From: Snuella lapsa
Lineage (GTDB): Bacteria; Bacteroidota; Bacteroidia; Flavobacteriales; Flavobacteriaceae
Direction: 5' to 3'
NCBI RefSeq assembly: GCF_039539345.1
Contig: NZ_BAABCY010000086.1
Span: 16,859-80,858 of the forward strand
Length of the DNA stretch: 64,000 nt
The notes under the pieces are model-generated. The model saw nothing but the letters and a program-made list of their open reading frames with translations. It ran no database searches and had not been told where the DNA came from. How positions within the stretch are numbered: the first letter of the stretch is position 1; the number at the start of each line of letters is the position of its first letter. Position numbers and translations under genes: made by a program. Below, one piece after another: positions 20,408-29,545 of this stretch.

Positions 20408-20432
20408 TTACTCGATAATCGAGATTTAAATG
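20408..20432. repeat. 25-nt element TTACTCGATAATCGAGATTTAAATG (contains 13-bp palindrome CTCGAT-A-ATCGAG); copy 1 of 2
   Basis: Exact 25/25 identity with 52640..52664. Confidence 0.6.
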
Positions 20433-20550
20433 CCTTACAGGCATAAGGTGTTTGTTGTTTTATTCATCAGGCGTTATAAATTGCTTCTCAAATTTTTAAG
20501 CATAGCAATAACATTATATATTTGTCTTACTAAACCTTAAATTTTAAAGT

Positions 20551-21771
20551 TTGAACAAACTTAAAATATTAAACGATCCAATTTACGGATTTATTACGAT
20601 TCCTAATTCGTTGGTTTTTGATTTAATTCAGCATAAATATTTTCAACGCTTGCGACGTATTACCCAAATGGGAATGTCTTATTTGGTGTATCCAGGAGCA
20701 CATCACACACGTTTTCATCACGCTATTGGTTGTGTGCATTTAATGCAGCAAGCTGTTAATGTGCTTCGTTTTAAGGGGGTTACGATATCTGAAGAAGAAG
20801 AGGACGCTCTCTATATCGCCATTTTATTGCATGATATTGGTCATGGTCCATTTTCGCATGCTATGGAGCACAGTATCGTTAACAATGTATCCCACGAACA
20901 AATTTCGCTCTTATTTATGGAGCAATTAAACGAAGAGTTTAACGGAAGTTTAACATTAGCCATTCAAATTTTTAAGCGGGAATACCATAGAAAGTTTATG
21001 TGTGAGCTTATTTCTGGTCAGTTGGATATGGATCGAGCAGATTATTTAAAACGTGATAGCTTTTACACTGGCGTGGCAGAGGGCAATATAAACAGTGAGC
21101 GTCTTATAACAATGCTTAATGTGGTTAACGATGAACTGGTAGTTGAGGAGAAAGGGATATACAGTGTCGAAAAATTCATTATAGCCAGACGTTTAATGTA
21201 TTGGCAAGTTTATTTGCACAAAACCGGTTTGGTCGCAGAGCAGCTGTTAATACGAGTTTTAAAGCGGGCAAAGGAGTTACATGGACAGGGGTGTAAATTG
21301 CAGGGGAGTGGCGCACTTCAGTATTTTTTAGAAAATGAAATTTCCATTCACAATTTCACTAATGCTACATTGGATGTTTTTTCTAGTTTAGACGATTACG
21401 ATATTATTTCGGCCATGAAAGAATGGCAGTATAACGATGATTTTGTATTAAGTAATTTAAGTAAGATGATAGTAAACAGAAACTTACTTAAAATAAAAAT
21501 GAAAAATAAAAAAATAAAGACCAAACGCTTGGAAAAGCATGTAGAAGCAATAAGAGAGGCGCATGGTATATCCAATGAGGAAGCATCCTATTTTGTTTTT
21601 ACAGGCAGTATTTTTAATCAGGCATACCATGAAAAGCACCAAAATATAAACATATTGCATAAGTCTGGAAAAATAGAAGATATTGTAAAGGCATCCGATC
21701 AACTTAATTTAAAAGCCCTGTCAAAACCAGTTACTAAATATTATATATGCTACCCTAAGGGCGAACTTTAG
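20551..21771 (+). CDS. HD-domain phosphohydrolase (dGTPase-like)
   Basis: HD motif (HTRFHHAIG ... LLHDIGHGPFSH). Confidence 0.7.
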   Translation: MNKLKILNDPIYGFITIPNSLVFDLIQHKYFQRLRRITQMGMSYLVYPGAHHTRFHHAIGCVHLMQQAVNVLRFKGVTISEEEEDALYIAILLHDIGHGPFSHAMEHSIVNNVSHEQISLLFMEQLNEEFNGSLTLAIQIFKREYHRKFMCELISGQLDMDRADYLKRDSFYTGVAEGNINSERLITMLNVVNDELVVEEKGIYSVEKFIIARRLMYWQVYLHKTGLVAEQLLIRVLKRAKELHGQGCKLQGSGALQYFLENEISIHNFTNATLDVFSSLDDYDIISAMKEWQYNDDFVLSNLSKMIVNRNLLKIKMKNKKIKTKRLEKHVEAIREAHGISNEEASYFVFTGSIFNQAYHEKHQNINILHKSGKIEDIVKASDQLNLKALSKPVTKYYICYPKGEL

Positions 21772-21823
21772 TGTATTTTTCCTATTTTTGCCGAAAATAA
21801 ACTAACAACAACAAACATTTAGT

Positions 21824-22852
21824 GTGAAATTTACAGCACAGCAAATAGCGGGGATTTTGGAAGGTGATGTAGTAGGGAACCCAAATGCCGAAGTATCAAA
21901 GTTATCTAAAATAGAGGAAGGGTTTAAGGGGTCTTTAACGTTTTTGGCAAACCCCAAATACACCCCTTTTATTTATACTACAAAAGCTTCCATTACTATT
22001 GTTAACAAAACATTCGAACCCGAGAATGATTTGGAAACGACCCTAATTAAGGTAAATGATGCTTACTTGGCCTTTACCAAAATTTTGGAATATTACAATT
22101 CCGTTAAGCTTAATAAAGTAGGTATAGAACAGCCTTCGTTTCTTTCGGAATCCTCAAAGCATGGTGATAACTTGTATTTAGGGGCATTTTCGTATGTAGG
22201 TGAAAATGTGGTTTTGGGAGATAACGTAAAAATATTTCCGAGTGCCTATATTGGCGATAATGTAGTAATAGGAGATAATACCATTGTGTTTTCTGGGGCA
22301 AAAATATATTCCGAAACCCTAATAGGTAATAATTGTGTCATAAATTCAGGAGCTATTATCGGAGCCGATGGATTTGGATATGCACCAAATGGTGATGGGG
22401 GCTATAAAAAAGTGCCGCAAACAGGAAATGTTATTATAGAAGACCATGTTGACATAGGCGCCGCTACAACTATCGATAGAGCCACTATGGGATCCACAAT
22501 TATACGTGAGGGAGCTAAATTGGATAACCAGATTCAGATTGCCCATAATGTGGAAATAGGAAAAAACACGGTTATTGCAGCGCAAACAGGTATAGCGGGG
22601 TCTACTAAAATAGGCATGGATTGCCAGATAGGAGGTCAGGTAGGAATCGTGGGGCATTTAACTATAGGTAACAATGTAAAAATACAAGCACAATCGGGGA
22701 TAGGACGTAATGTGAAAGATGACGAAGTGCTTCAAGGGTCGCCAGCTCTATCGTATGGCGACTACAATAAGTCGTATGTACACTTTAAGAATTTACCTAG
22801 AATTGTAAAAGATATTAATGATTTAGAAAAAAAAGTTAATGGGAATAGTTAA
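21824..22852 (+). CDS. lpxD: UDP-3-O-(3-hydroxyacyl)glucosamine N-acyltransferase (GTG start)
   Basis: Left-handed beta-helix hexapeptide repeats; LpxD N-terminal domain; followed by lpxC/fabZ and lpxA. Confidence 0.8.
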   Translation: MKFTAQQIAGILEGDVVGNPNAEVSKLSKIEEGFKGSLTFLANPKYTPFIYTTKASITIVNKTFEPENDLETTLIKVNDAYLAFTKILEYYNSVKLNKVGIEQPSFLSESSKHGDNLYLGAFSYVGENVVLGDNVKIFPSAYIGDNVVIGDNTIVFSGAKIYSETLIGNNCVINSGAIIGADGFGYAPNGDGGYKKVPQTGNVIIEDHVDIGAATTIDRATMGSTIIREGAKLDNQIQIAHNVEIGKNTVIAAQTGIAGSTKIGMDCQIGGQVGIVGHLTIGNNVKIQAQSGIGRNVKDDEVLQGSPALSYGDYNKSYVHFKNLPRIVKDINDLEKKVNGNS

Positions 22853-24245
22853 TACAGAAATAAAACAAAAGACCATAAAAGAAGCAGTTTCTTTAACAGG
22901 TGTTGGTTTACACACTGGTAAAGATGTAACTTTAACTTTTAAGCCAGCTCCAGCCAATGCAGGTTTGGCCTTTAAACGTGTAGATTTAGAAGGAACACCA
23001 TTAATCGAAGCTGATGCAAATTATGTAACCAATACCCAAAGAGGTACTTGCCTGGAAAAGAACGGTGTGACCATACAAACTTCAGAGCATGTGCTAGCTG
23101 CCTTAGTTGGTTTGGATATTGATAATGTTATTATAGAATTAAACGAATCGGAGCCACCCATTATGGATGGTTCATCAAAGTTTTTCGTAGAAGCGTTGGA
23201 AGAGGCTGAAATCGTAGAGCTTGAAGCAGTGCGCGAAGAATATGTTGTAACCGATGTTGTTTCTTATACCGATGAAGAATCTGGTAGTGAAATATTGGTG
23301 ATGCCTGCAAAGGAATACCAAGTAACGACCATGGTCGATTTTGGTACAAAGGTATTAGGCACCCAAAATGCAACATTAAATCAAATTTCCGATTTCAAAA
23401 AAGATATTTCCAACTCACGTACCTTTAGCTTTCTGCATGAAATTGAAATGCTTCTCGAAAACGGGTTGATTAAGGGAGGTGATTTAAATAATGCTATTGT
23501 TTATGTAGACAAACCATTGTCTACAGAAACCATGGAAAAATTAAAAGTAGCCTTTAAAAAGGACGCAATAGCTGTTAAACCTAATGGTATTTTGGATAAC
23601 TTAACATTGCATTACCCTAATGAAGCTGCGAGGCACAAACTGTTGGATGTGCTAGGTGATTTAGCACTTATAGGCACACGTATACGAGGTAAGGTTATTG
23701 CAAACAAGCCTGGGCATTTTGTGAATACCCAGTTTGCTAAAAAGCTTTCGAAAATAATTAAGAACGAAAGACGTAATAATGTGCCAAACATAGATTTGAA
23801 TCAGCCTCCACTTATGGATGTTAATCAAATCATGGCCATGTTACCACACCGTCAGCCATTTTTACTTATCGATAAGATTTTTGAATTATCAGACTCGCAT
23901 GTTGTGGGAATGAAGAACGTAACGATGAATGAGCAGTTTTTTGCAGGTCATTTCCCAGGAGCACCAGTTATGCCAGGTGTTTTGATATGTGAGGCAATGG
24001 CTCAGACCGGAGGTATTTTGGTTTTAAATACAGTTCCAGATCCCGAAAATTACTTGACATTTTTTATGAAAATGGATAATGTTAAGTTTAAACAAAAAGT
24101 AGGACCAGGAGATACGCTAATCTTTAAATGTTCGTTAATAACACCAATACGCAGAGGTATTTGCCATATGCAGGGATATGCTTATTCAAACGGAAAGCTG
24201 TGCGCAGAAGCCGAACTTATGGCTCAAATTTCTAAAGTAAAATAA
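22839..24245 (+). CDS. lpxC/fabZ: Bifunctional UDP-3-O-acyl-GlcNAc deacetylase / 3-hydroxyacyl-ACP dehydratase
   Basis: LpxC N-terminal half plus FabZ hotdog C-terminal half ([15 protein letters not shown]); this is the Bacteroidota fusion. Confidence 0.85.
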   Translation: MGIVNTEIKQKTIKEAVSLTGVGLHTGKDVTLTFKPAPANAGLAFKRVDLEGTPLIEADANYVTNTQRGTCLEKNGVTIQTSEHVLAALVGLDIDNVIIELNESEPPIMDGSSKFFVEALEEAEIVELEAVREEYVVTDVVSYTDEESGSEILVMPAKEYQVTTMVDFGTKVLGTQNATLNQISDFKKDISNSRTFSFLHEIEMLLENGLIKGGDLNNAIVYVDKPLSTETMEKLKVAFKKDAIAVKPNGILDNLTLHYPNEAARHKLLDVLGDLALIGTRIRGKVIANKPGHFVNTQFAKKLSKIIKNERRNNVPNIDLNQPPLMDVNQIMAMLPHRQPFLLIDKIFELSDSHVVGMKNVTMNEQFFAGHFPGAPVMPGVLICEAMAQTGGILVLNTVPDPENYLTFFMKMDNVKFKQKVGPGDTLIFKCSLITPIRRGICHMQGYAYSNGKLCAEAELMAQISKVK

Positions 24246-24317
24246 TTATGCAAAAAGCAGTCTATTCTTGTAAACTGCTTGTGCATCTTTATTGTTAATA
24301 CAATAATATTATATTAA

Positions 24318-25103
24318 ATGAATCAACCACTCGCTTACGTTCATCCAGGAGCTAAAATTGCAAAAAATGTTGTTATCGAACCATTTACTACCATACATAA
24401 TAATGTTGTAATTGGTGAAGGTACTTGGATAGGTAGTAACGTAACTATTATGGAAGGTGCCCGAATTGGAAAAAACTGTAACATTTTTCCGGGAGCTGTA
24501 ATCTCAGCAGTGCCACAAGACCTTAAATACAATGACGAAGACACAATTGTTGAAATAGGGGACAATGTAACGATCCGAGAATGTGTTACAATAAACAGAG
24601 GTACGGCCGATAGAATGAAAACGGTTATAGGTAATAATTGTTTAATTATGGCATATTGCCATATCGCACACGATTGTATTGTTGGGAACAATTGCATCTT
24701 TTCAAATAACAGTACACTTGCAGGGCACATTACCATAGGAGATTATGTGGTCTTGGCAGGAATGACAGCAGTACATCAGTTTTGTTCTATTGGTAACCAC
24801 GCTTTTGTTACTGGTGGTTCCTTGGTTAGAAAAGATGTGCCGCCATTTGTTAAAGCAGCAAGAGAGCCATTGTCATATGTTGGTATTAACTCAGTAGGGT
24901 TGAGAAGACGTGGTTTTACAAGTGAAAAAATTAGGGAAATACAGAATATTTTTAGAATTCTATATCAAAAAAATTATAACAATACCCAGGCCGGAGATAT
25001 TATTGAAGCCGAGATGGAAGCAACTCCAGAACGCGATGAGATTCTTCAGTTTATTAGAAATTCACATCGTGGTATTATGAAAGGATATTTTAAATCAAAT
25101 TAA
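24318..25103 (+). CDS. lpxA: Acyl-ACP--UDP-N-acetylglucosamine O-acyltransferase
   Basis: 261 aa hexapeptide-repeat protein with the LpxA C-terminal helical domain. Confidence 0.85.
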   Translation: MNQPLAYVHPGAKIAKNVVIEPFTTIHNNVVIGEGTWIGSNVTIMEGARIGKNCNIFPGAVISAVPQDLKYNDEDTIVEIGDNVTIRECVTINRGTADRMKTVIGNNCLIMAYCHIAHDCIVGNNCIFSNNSTLAGHITIGDYVVLAGMTAVHQFCSIGNHAFVTGGSLVRKDVPPFVKAAREPLSYVGINSVGLRRRGFTSEKIREIQNIFRILYQKNYNNTQAGDIIEAEMEATPERDEILQFIRNSHRGIMKGYFKSN

Positions 25104-25107
25104 TTAT

Positions 25108-25674
25108 ATGGCAACTACAAGTGATATTAGAAACGGGTTATGCATCAAGTATAACAACGATATTTATAAAGTAATAGAGTTTTTGCATGTAAAGCCTGGT
25201 AAAGGACCAGCTTTTGTTAGAACAAAATTAAAAAGTGTAACGACGGGAAAAGTAATTGATAATACCTTTTCGGCTGGTCATAAATTAGAGGATGTACGTG
25301 TTGAAACGCACAAGTTTCAATTTTTATATAATGATGGGGAATACTATCATTTTATGAATACAGAAGATTATACGCAAATTCAATTAACTGAGGCAGCACT
25401 AGATAACCCTGGATTAATGAAAGAAGGTGAAGTTGTTACCGTTATGATTAATACCGAAGACAACATGCCGCTTTCTGTAGAAATGCCTGCAAGTGTAATA
25501 TTAGAAATTACAGCAACCGAACCTGGTGTTAAAGGGAATACAGCAACCAATGCAACCAAGCCTGCAACGGTAGAAACAGGAGCAACCATTAACGTGCCAT
25601 TGTTTATCAATGAAGGTGATAAAATAAAGGTAGAAACAGAAAAAGGGACTTACAAAGAGCGCGTTAAAGAGTAA
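25108..25674 (+). CDS. efp: Elongation factor P
   Basis: 188 aa; KPGKGPAFVRTKLK motif. Confidence 0.9.
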   Translation: MATTSDIRNGLCIKYNNDIYKVIEFLHVKPGKGPAFVRTKLKSVTTGKVIDNTFSAGHKLEDVRVETHKFQFLYNDGEYYHFMNTEDYTQIQLTEAALDNPGLMKEGEVVTVMINTEDNMPLSVEMPASVILEITATEPGVKGNTATNATKPATVETGATINVPLFINEGDKIKVETEKGTYKERVKE

Positions 25675-25761
25675 TAGGGTTATAGATAGTTGGTATTCCG
25701 TATGGGGAATATCAGGTATACTCCAAAAAAATATCCGTATAAAACCGTTTAACCTTTATCT

Positions 25762-26700
25762 ATGAAGTTCCCGAAACCTTATACCTTAAAAGAAGTAGCA
25801 CAACTTATTGGTTGTAGCTTTGTTGGCCGTGAAGATTTTCCTGTTTTGGGTATGAACGAAATTCATGTCGTAGAACCCGGTGATATTGTATTTGTCGACC
25901 ACCCTAAATATTATGATAAAGCTTTAACCTCGAAAGCCAGCATTGTCTTAATAAATAAAGATGTAGCATGTCCAGAAGGAAAAGCTTTGCTTATAAGTGA
26001 CGATCCTTTTCGCGATTTTAATAAGCTTGCCGAGCATTTCAAGCCATTCCAACCAGCTAATAACTTGATATCTGAGTCCGCCAGAATTGGTAAAAATACT
26101 GTTATCCAACCTAATTGTTTTATAGGTAATAACGTGGTTATTGGTGATAATTGTATTATCCACTCCAATGTCAGTATTTATGATGATACCATAATAGGAA
26201 ATCATGTAACCATTCATGCTGGAGCTGTGTTGGGAGCAAATGCGTTTTATTATAAAAACAGACCAGAAGGATTTGATCGCTTAAAGTCTAGTGGCAGTAT
26301 TGTTATTAAAGATTATGTAGACATTGGAGCAGCCTGTACTATTGATAGAGGGGTAACTGCTAATACTACTATTGGCAAAGGCTCTAAATTGGATAACCAA
26401 ATACAAATAGGACATGATACTGTTATTGGAGAAAAATGTTTAATAGCTTCGCAAGTAGGTATTGCTGGTTGTGTTGTTATAGAAGACGAGGTAACCATTT
26501 GGGGACAAGTAGGTATTAGTAGTGGTGTTACAATAGGCAAAAAAGCGGTACTTCTGGCACAAGCAGGCGTTAGTAAGTCTTTAGAAGGCGGTAAGAGCTA
26601 TTTTGGGACTCCTGCCGAGGATATCAGAAAAAAATATAAAGAATTGGCTTCTATAAGACAACTGCCAGAAACATTGCAACTTTTAAAATCAATAAAATAA
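25762..26700 (+). CDS. lpxD: Second LpxD-family UDP-3-O-acylglucosamine N-acyltransferase paralog
   Basis: Hexapeptide-repeat acyltransferase, 312 aa, paralogous to the 21824 gene. Confidence 0.7.
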   Translation: MKFPKPYTLKEVAQLIGCSFVGREDFPVLGMNEIHVVEPGDIVFVDHPKYYDKALTSKASIVLINKDVACPEGKALLISDDPFRDFNKLAEHFKPFQPANNLISESARIGKNTVIQPNCFIGNNVVIGDNCIIHSNVSIYDDTIIGNHVTIHAGAVLGANAFYYKNRPEGFDRLKSSGSIVIKDYVDIGAACTIDRGVTANTTIGKGSKLDNQIQIGHDTVIGEKCLIASQVGIAGCVVIEDEVTIWGQVGISSGVTIGKKAVLLAQAGVSKSLEGGKSYFGTPAEDIRKKYKELASIRQLPETLQLLKSIK

Positions 26701-26774
26701 ACACAAAAAATGCTATTAAAAGTAACTTCAAAAAAGTACTTTTGTACAGCTTTATTTAAAATAAAAAATATACG

Positions 26775-27659
26775 ATGAGTGTTTTAGTAAACAAAGATTC
26801 AAAAATAATAGTTCAAGGGTTTACAGGAAGTGAAGGTACATTCCATGCAGGCCAAATGATAGAATACGGAACCAATATTGTTGGAGGTGTTACGCCTGGT
26901 AAAGGAGGGCAAACACATTTAGATAAGCCCGTATTTAACACTGTTCAAGACGCTGTTAACGAAGTAGGAGCAGATACAACCATTATTTTTGTACCACCAG
27001 CCTTTGCTGCCGATGCCATAATGGAAGCAGCCGATGCAGGTATTAAAGTTATTATTACCATTACAGAAGGAATTCCAGTAGCGGATATGATTACCGCATC
27101 AAATTATATTAAACATAAAGATTGTCGCTTAATAGGTCCTAACTGTCCTGGCGTAATTACGCCCGAAGAAGCAAAAGTAGGTATTATGCCCGGTTTTGTA
27201 TTTAAAAAAGGAAATGTAGGTATTGTTTCTAAATCAGGAACCCTTACTTACGAAGCAGCCGATCAAGTTGTTAAGCAGGGGTTAGGAATTACTACTGCAA
27301 TTGGTATTGGAGGAGATCCAATAATTGGAACTACAACAAAAGAAGCTGTAGAGCTATTAATTAACGATCCTGAAACTGAAGCTGTTGTAATGATTGGTGA
27401 GATTGGAGGACAATTAGAAGCCGATGCTGCAAACTGGTATAAAGAAAGTGGTAGCAAAAAACCCGTTATTGGTTTTATTGCAGGAGAAACTGCGCCTGCA
27501 GGACGTACTATGGGACATGCAGGAGCTATTGTTGGTGGAAGTGATGACACAGCACAAGCAAAAAAGAAAATAATGAGAGCTTGTGGCATCCACGTAGTAG
27601 ATTCGCCAGCCGAGATTGGAAGTAAGGTTGCTGAAGTTTTAGCGTTACAAAACGCTTAA
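26775..27659 (+). CDS. sucD: Succinate--CoA ligase [ADP-forming] subunit alpha
   Basis: CoA-binding and ligase-CoA motifs ([18 protein letters not shown]). Confidence 0.9.
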   Translation: MSVLVNKDSKIIVQGFTGSEGTFHAGQMIEYGTNIVGGVTPGKGGQTHLDKPVFNTVQDAVNEVGADTTIIFVPPAFAADAIMEAADAGIKVIITITEGIPVADMITASNYIKHKDCRLIGPNCPGVITPEEAKVGIMPGFVFKKGNVGIVSKSGTLTYEAADQVVKQGLGITTAIGIGGDPIIGTTTKEAVELLINDPETEAVVMIGEIGGQLEADAANWYKESGSKKPVIGFIAGETAPAGRTMGHAGAIVGGSDDTAQAKKKIMRACGIHVVDSPAEIGSKVAEVLALQNA

Positions 27660-27689
27660 TTAAAAAGCTTTTCAATTTAAATATATAGA

Positions 27690-27720
27690 ATCCGCTGACT
27701 TAAGGTCGGCGGATTTTTTT
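27690..27720 (+). terminator. Intrinsic terminator after sucD
   Basis: atccgctgac-ttaa-ggtcggcggat stem followed by a T8 run. Confidence 0.7.
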
Positions 27721-27814
27721 TGTGCTTAAAATTTAGTTAGAAATGGTATTATTAAGGGTAACAAAATGTAGCATGGATTGATATACTGGTATGAAACAAT
27801 AAAATCCAGAAATC

Positions 27815-28393
27815 ATGAAAGTACAGAAAGCAATTTTAAAACTAATAATTATAAGTGCTCTTTTTATAAGCTGTTCTAAAGACGATGATTCAGATTTAAT
27901 AGAACAAGCGCCACAGTACCCTATGAAAACTTTAATAGAAACTGGACACATGGAATTAAAAAGTACCATGCAGCAGTGGGTGTCACATTTTGAAGTAGGC
28001 TATAAATTTAAGACATTTAAAAATGGTAAGATTACTGCCTTAGGTATTCGGGTACCACACAATGACTCCTATAGAGTGACATTATGTAATGCCGAAACAG
28101 AAGAAATTTTAGTGACAAAAAATATTGTTTCTAGTTCAGGCTTATTGTCGTTTGAAACAATCGACCCTATTAATATAGCTTCGGGGGTGGCTTATTTTGT
28201 ATCTGTGAACACAAATGACTATTACACTTTTAATGATTCAGGGAATGCAATGTTTCCTGTTGAAAGTGGTGATGTTTTGATTACCGACTACGGTGTTAGA
28301 TCTGGTACAAATCCAGACCAGATCATGCCTGTTCAATATTCAAAAGTCTCTTATGTAGGCATGGTGGACATTAAATTCATACCAAACAATTAA
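27815..28393 (+). CDS. Hypothetical lipoprotein
   Basis: Lipoprotein signal (LFISCSKDD). Confidence 0.5.
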   Translation: MKVQKAILKLIIISALFISCSKDDDSDLIEQAPQYPMKTLIETGHMELKSTMQQWVSHFEVGYKFKTFKNGKITALGIRVPHNDSYRVTLCNAETEEILVTKNIVSSSGLLSFETIDPINIASGVAYFVSVNTNDYYTFNDSGNAMFPVESGDVLITDYGVRSGTNPDQIMPVQYSKVSYVGMVDIKFIPNN

Positions 28394-28456
28394 CCACTTC
28401 GTTTCCATATTGAAAAAGTTTAAATAAGTTCTTATAAAAGGACAATAACTTACTAG

Positions 28457-28487
28457 AACCTTACAAGATTTTGTAAGGTTTTTTTAT
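28457..28487 (+). terminator. Intrinsic terminator (aaccttacaa/ttgtaaggtt + T-run)
   Basis: 10-bp perfect stem, 4-nt loop, T5. Confidence 0.65.
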
Positions 28488-28747
28488 ATCTTACAATTTG
28501 TAATTACTATATTTGAACGCCATAAATGATACCACTTGTTAATTAAATTTAGATAAATTCAAGAAGCAAATGAAATTGTTTAATAGGCAGAGAGCATTTA
28601 AATATCGATTATAGAGTAAATTTCAAAAATGCCTCACAAAAAATAATGTTTAAAATTTTTAATGTGAGAACGAAGGTAAGGAGAGTTTGCACGCGTTCTT
28701 AATTTTATAATTAACATGTAGTAAAAAAATTACTAAAATTTAAACGA

Positions 28748-29494
28748 ATGAAATTATTAGAAGGAAAAACAGCCATAATTACAGGTGCGAGTAGGGGGAT
28801 AGGTAAAGGTATAGCACAAGTTTTTGCGCAACAAGGAGCTAATGTAGCTTTTACTTACAGCGCATCGGTAGATGCAGCTAAAGCATTAGAGAGTGAGTTA
28901 ACAGCCTTAGGTGTGAAGGCTAAAGGATACCAAAGCAATGCAGCAAGTTTTGAAGAAGCCCAAAACCTAGCAAATGATGTGGTTGCCGAATTTGGTAGTA
29001 TTGATATATTAGTCAATAACGCAGGTATTACTAAAGATAATTTATTAATGCGCATAAGTGAAGAAGATTTTGATACCGTTATTGAGGTTAATTTAAAATC
29101 GGTTTTTAACATGACCAAGGCAGTACAACGTACTATGCTAAAACAACGCAAGGGATCTATTATTAACATGAGCTCTGTTGTAGGAGTAAAAGGTAATGCA
29201 GGACAAACTAATTACGCAGCTTCAAAAGCGGGTATTATTGGATTTTCAAAATCCGTTGCCTTAGAACTTGGATCAAGAAACATTAGATCTAATGTTGTTG
29301 CACCTGGTTTTATAGAAACGGAAATGACAGCTAAGTTAGATGAAGAAGTTGTAAAAGGATGGCGCGCTGGGATTCCATTAAAACGTGGTGGTACTCCTGA
29401 AGATATTGCCAATGTTTGTGTATTCTTAGCGAGCGACATGAGTGCCTATGTTACTGGACAAACACTAAATGTCGATGGAGGAATGCTTACTTAA
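28748..29494 (+). CDS. fabG: 3-oxoacyl-[ACP] reductase
   Basis: SDR family TGASRGIG, NNAG and YxxxK motifs; 248 aa. Confidence 0.85.
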   Translation: MKLLEGKTAIITGASRGIGKGIAQVFAQQGANVAFTYSASVDAAKALESELTALGVKAKGYQSNAASFEEAQNLANDVVAEFGSIDILVNNAGITKDNLLMRISEEDFDTVIEVNLKSVFNMTKAVQRTMLKQRKGSIINMSSVVGVKGNAGQTNYAASKAGIIGFSKSVALELGSRNIRSNVVAPGFIETEMTAKLDEEVVKGWRAGIPLKRGGTPEDIANVCVFLASDMSAYVTGQTLNVDGGMLT

Positions 29495-29545
29495 TTTCAA
29501 GATGCATGAATTATGGTTTTGAAATTTAGAAATCGATATTTTTAG

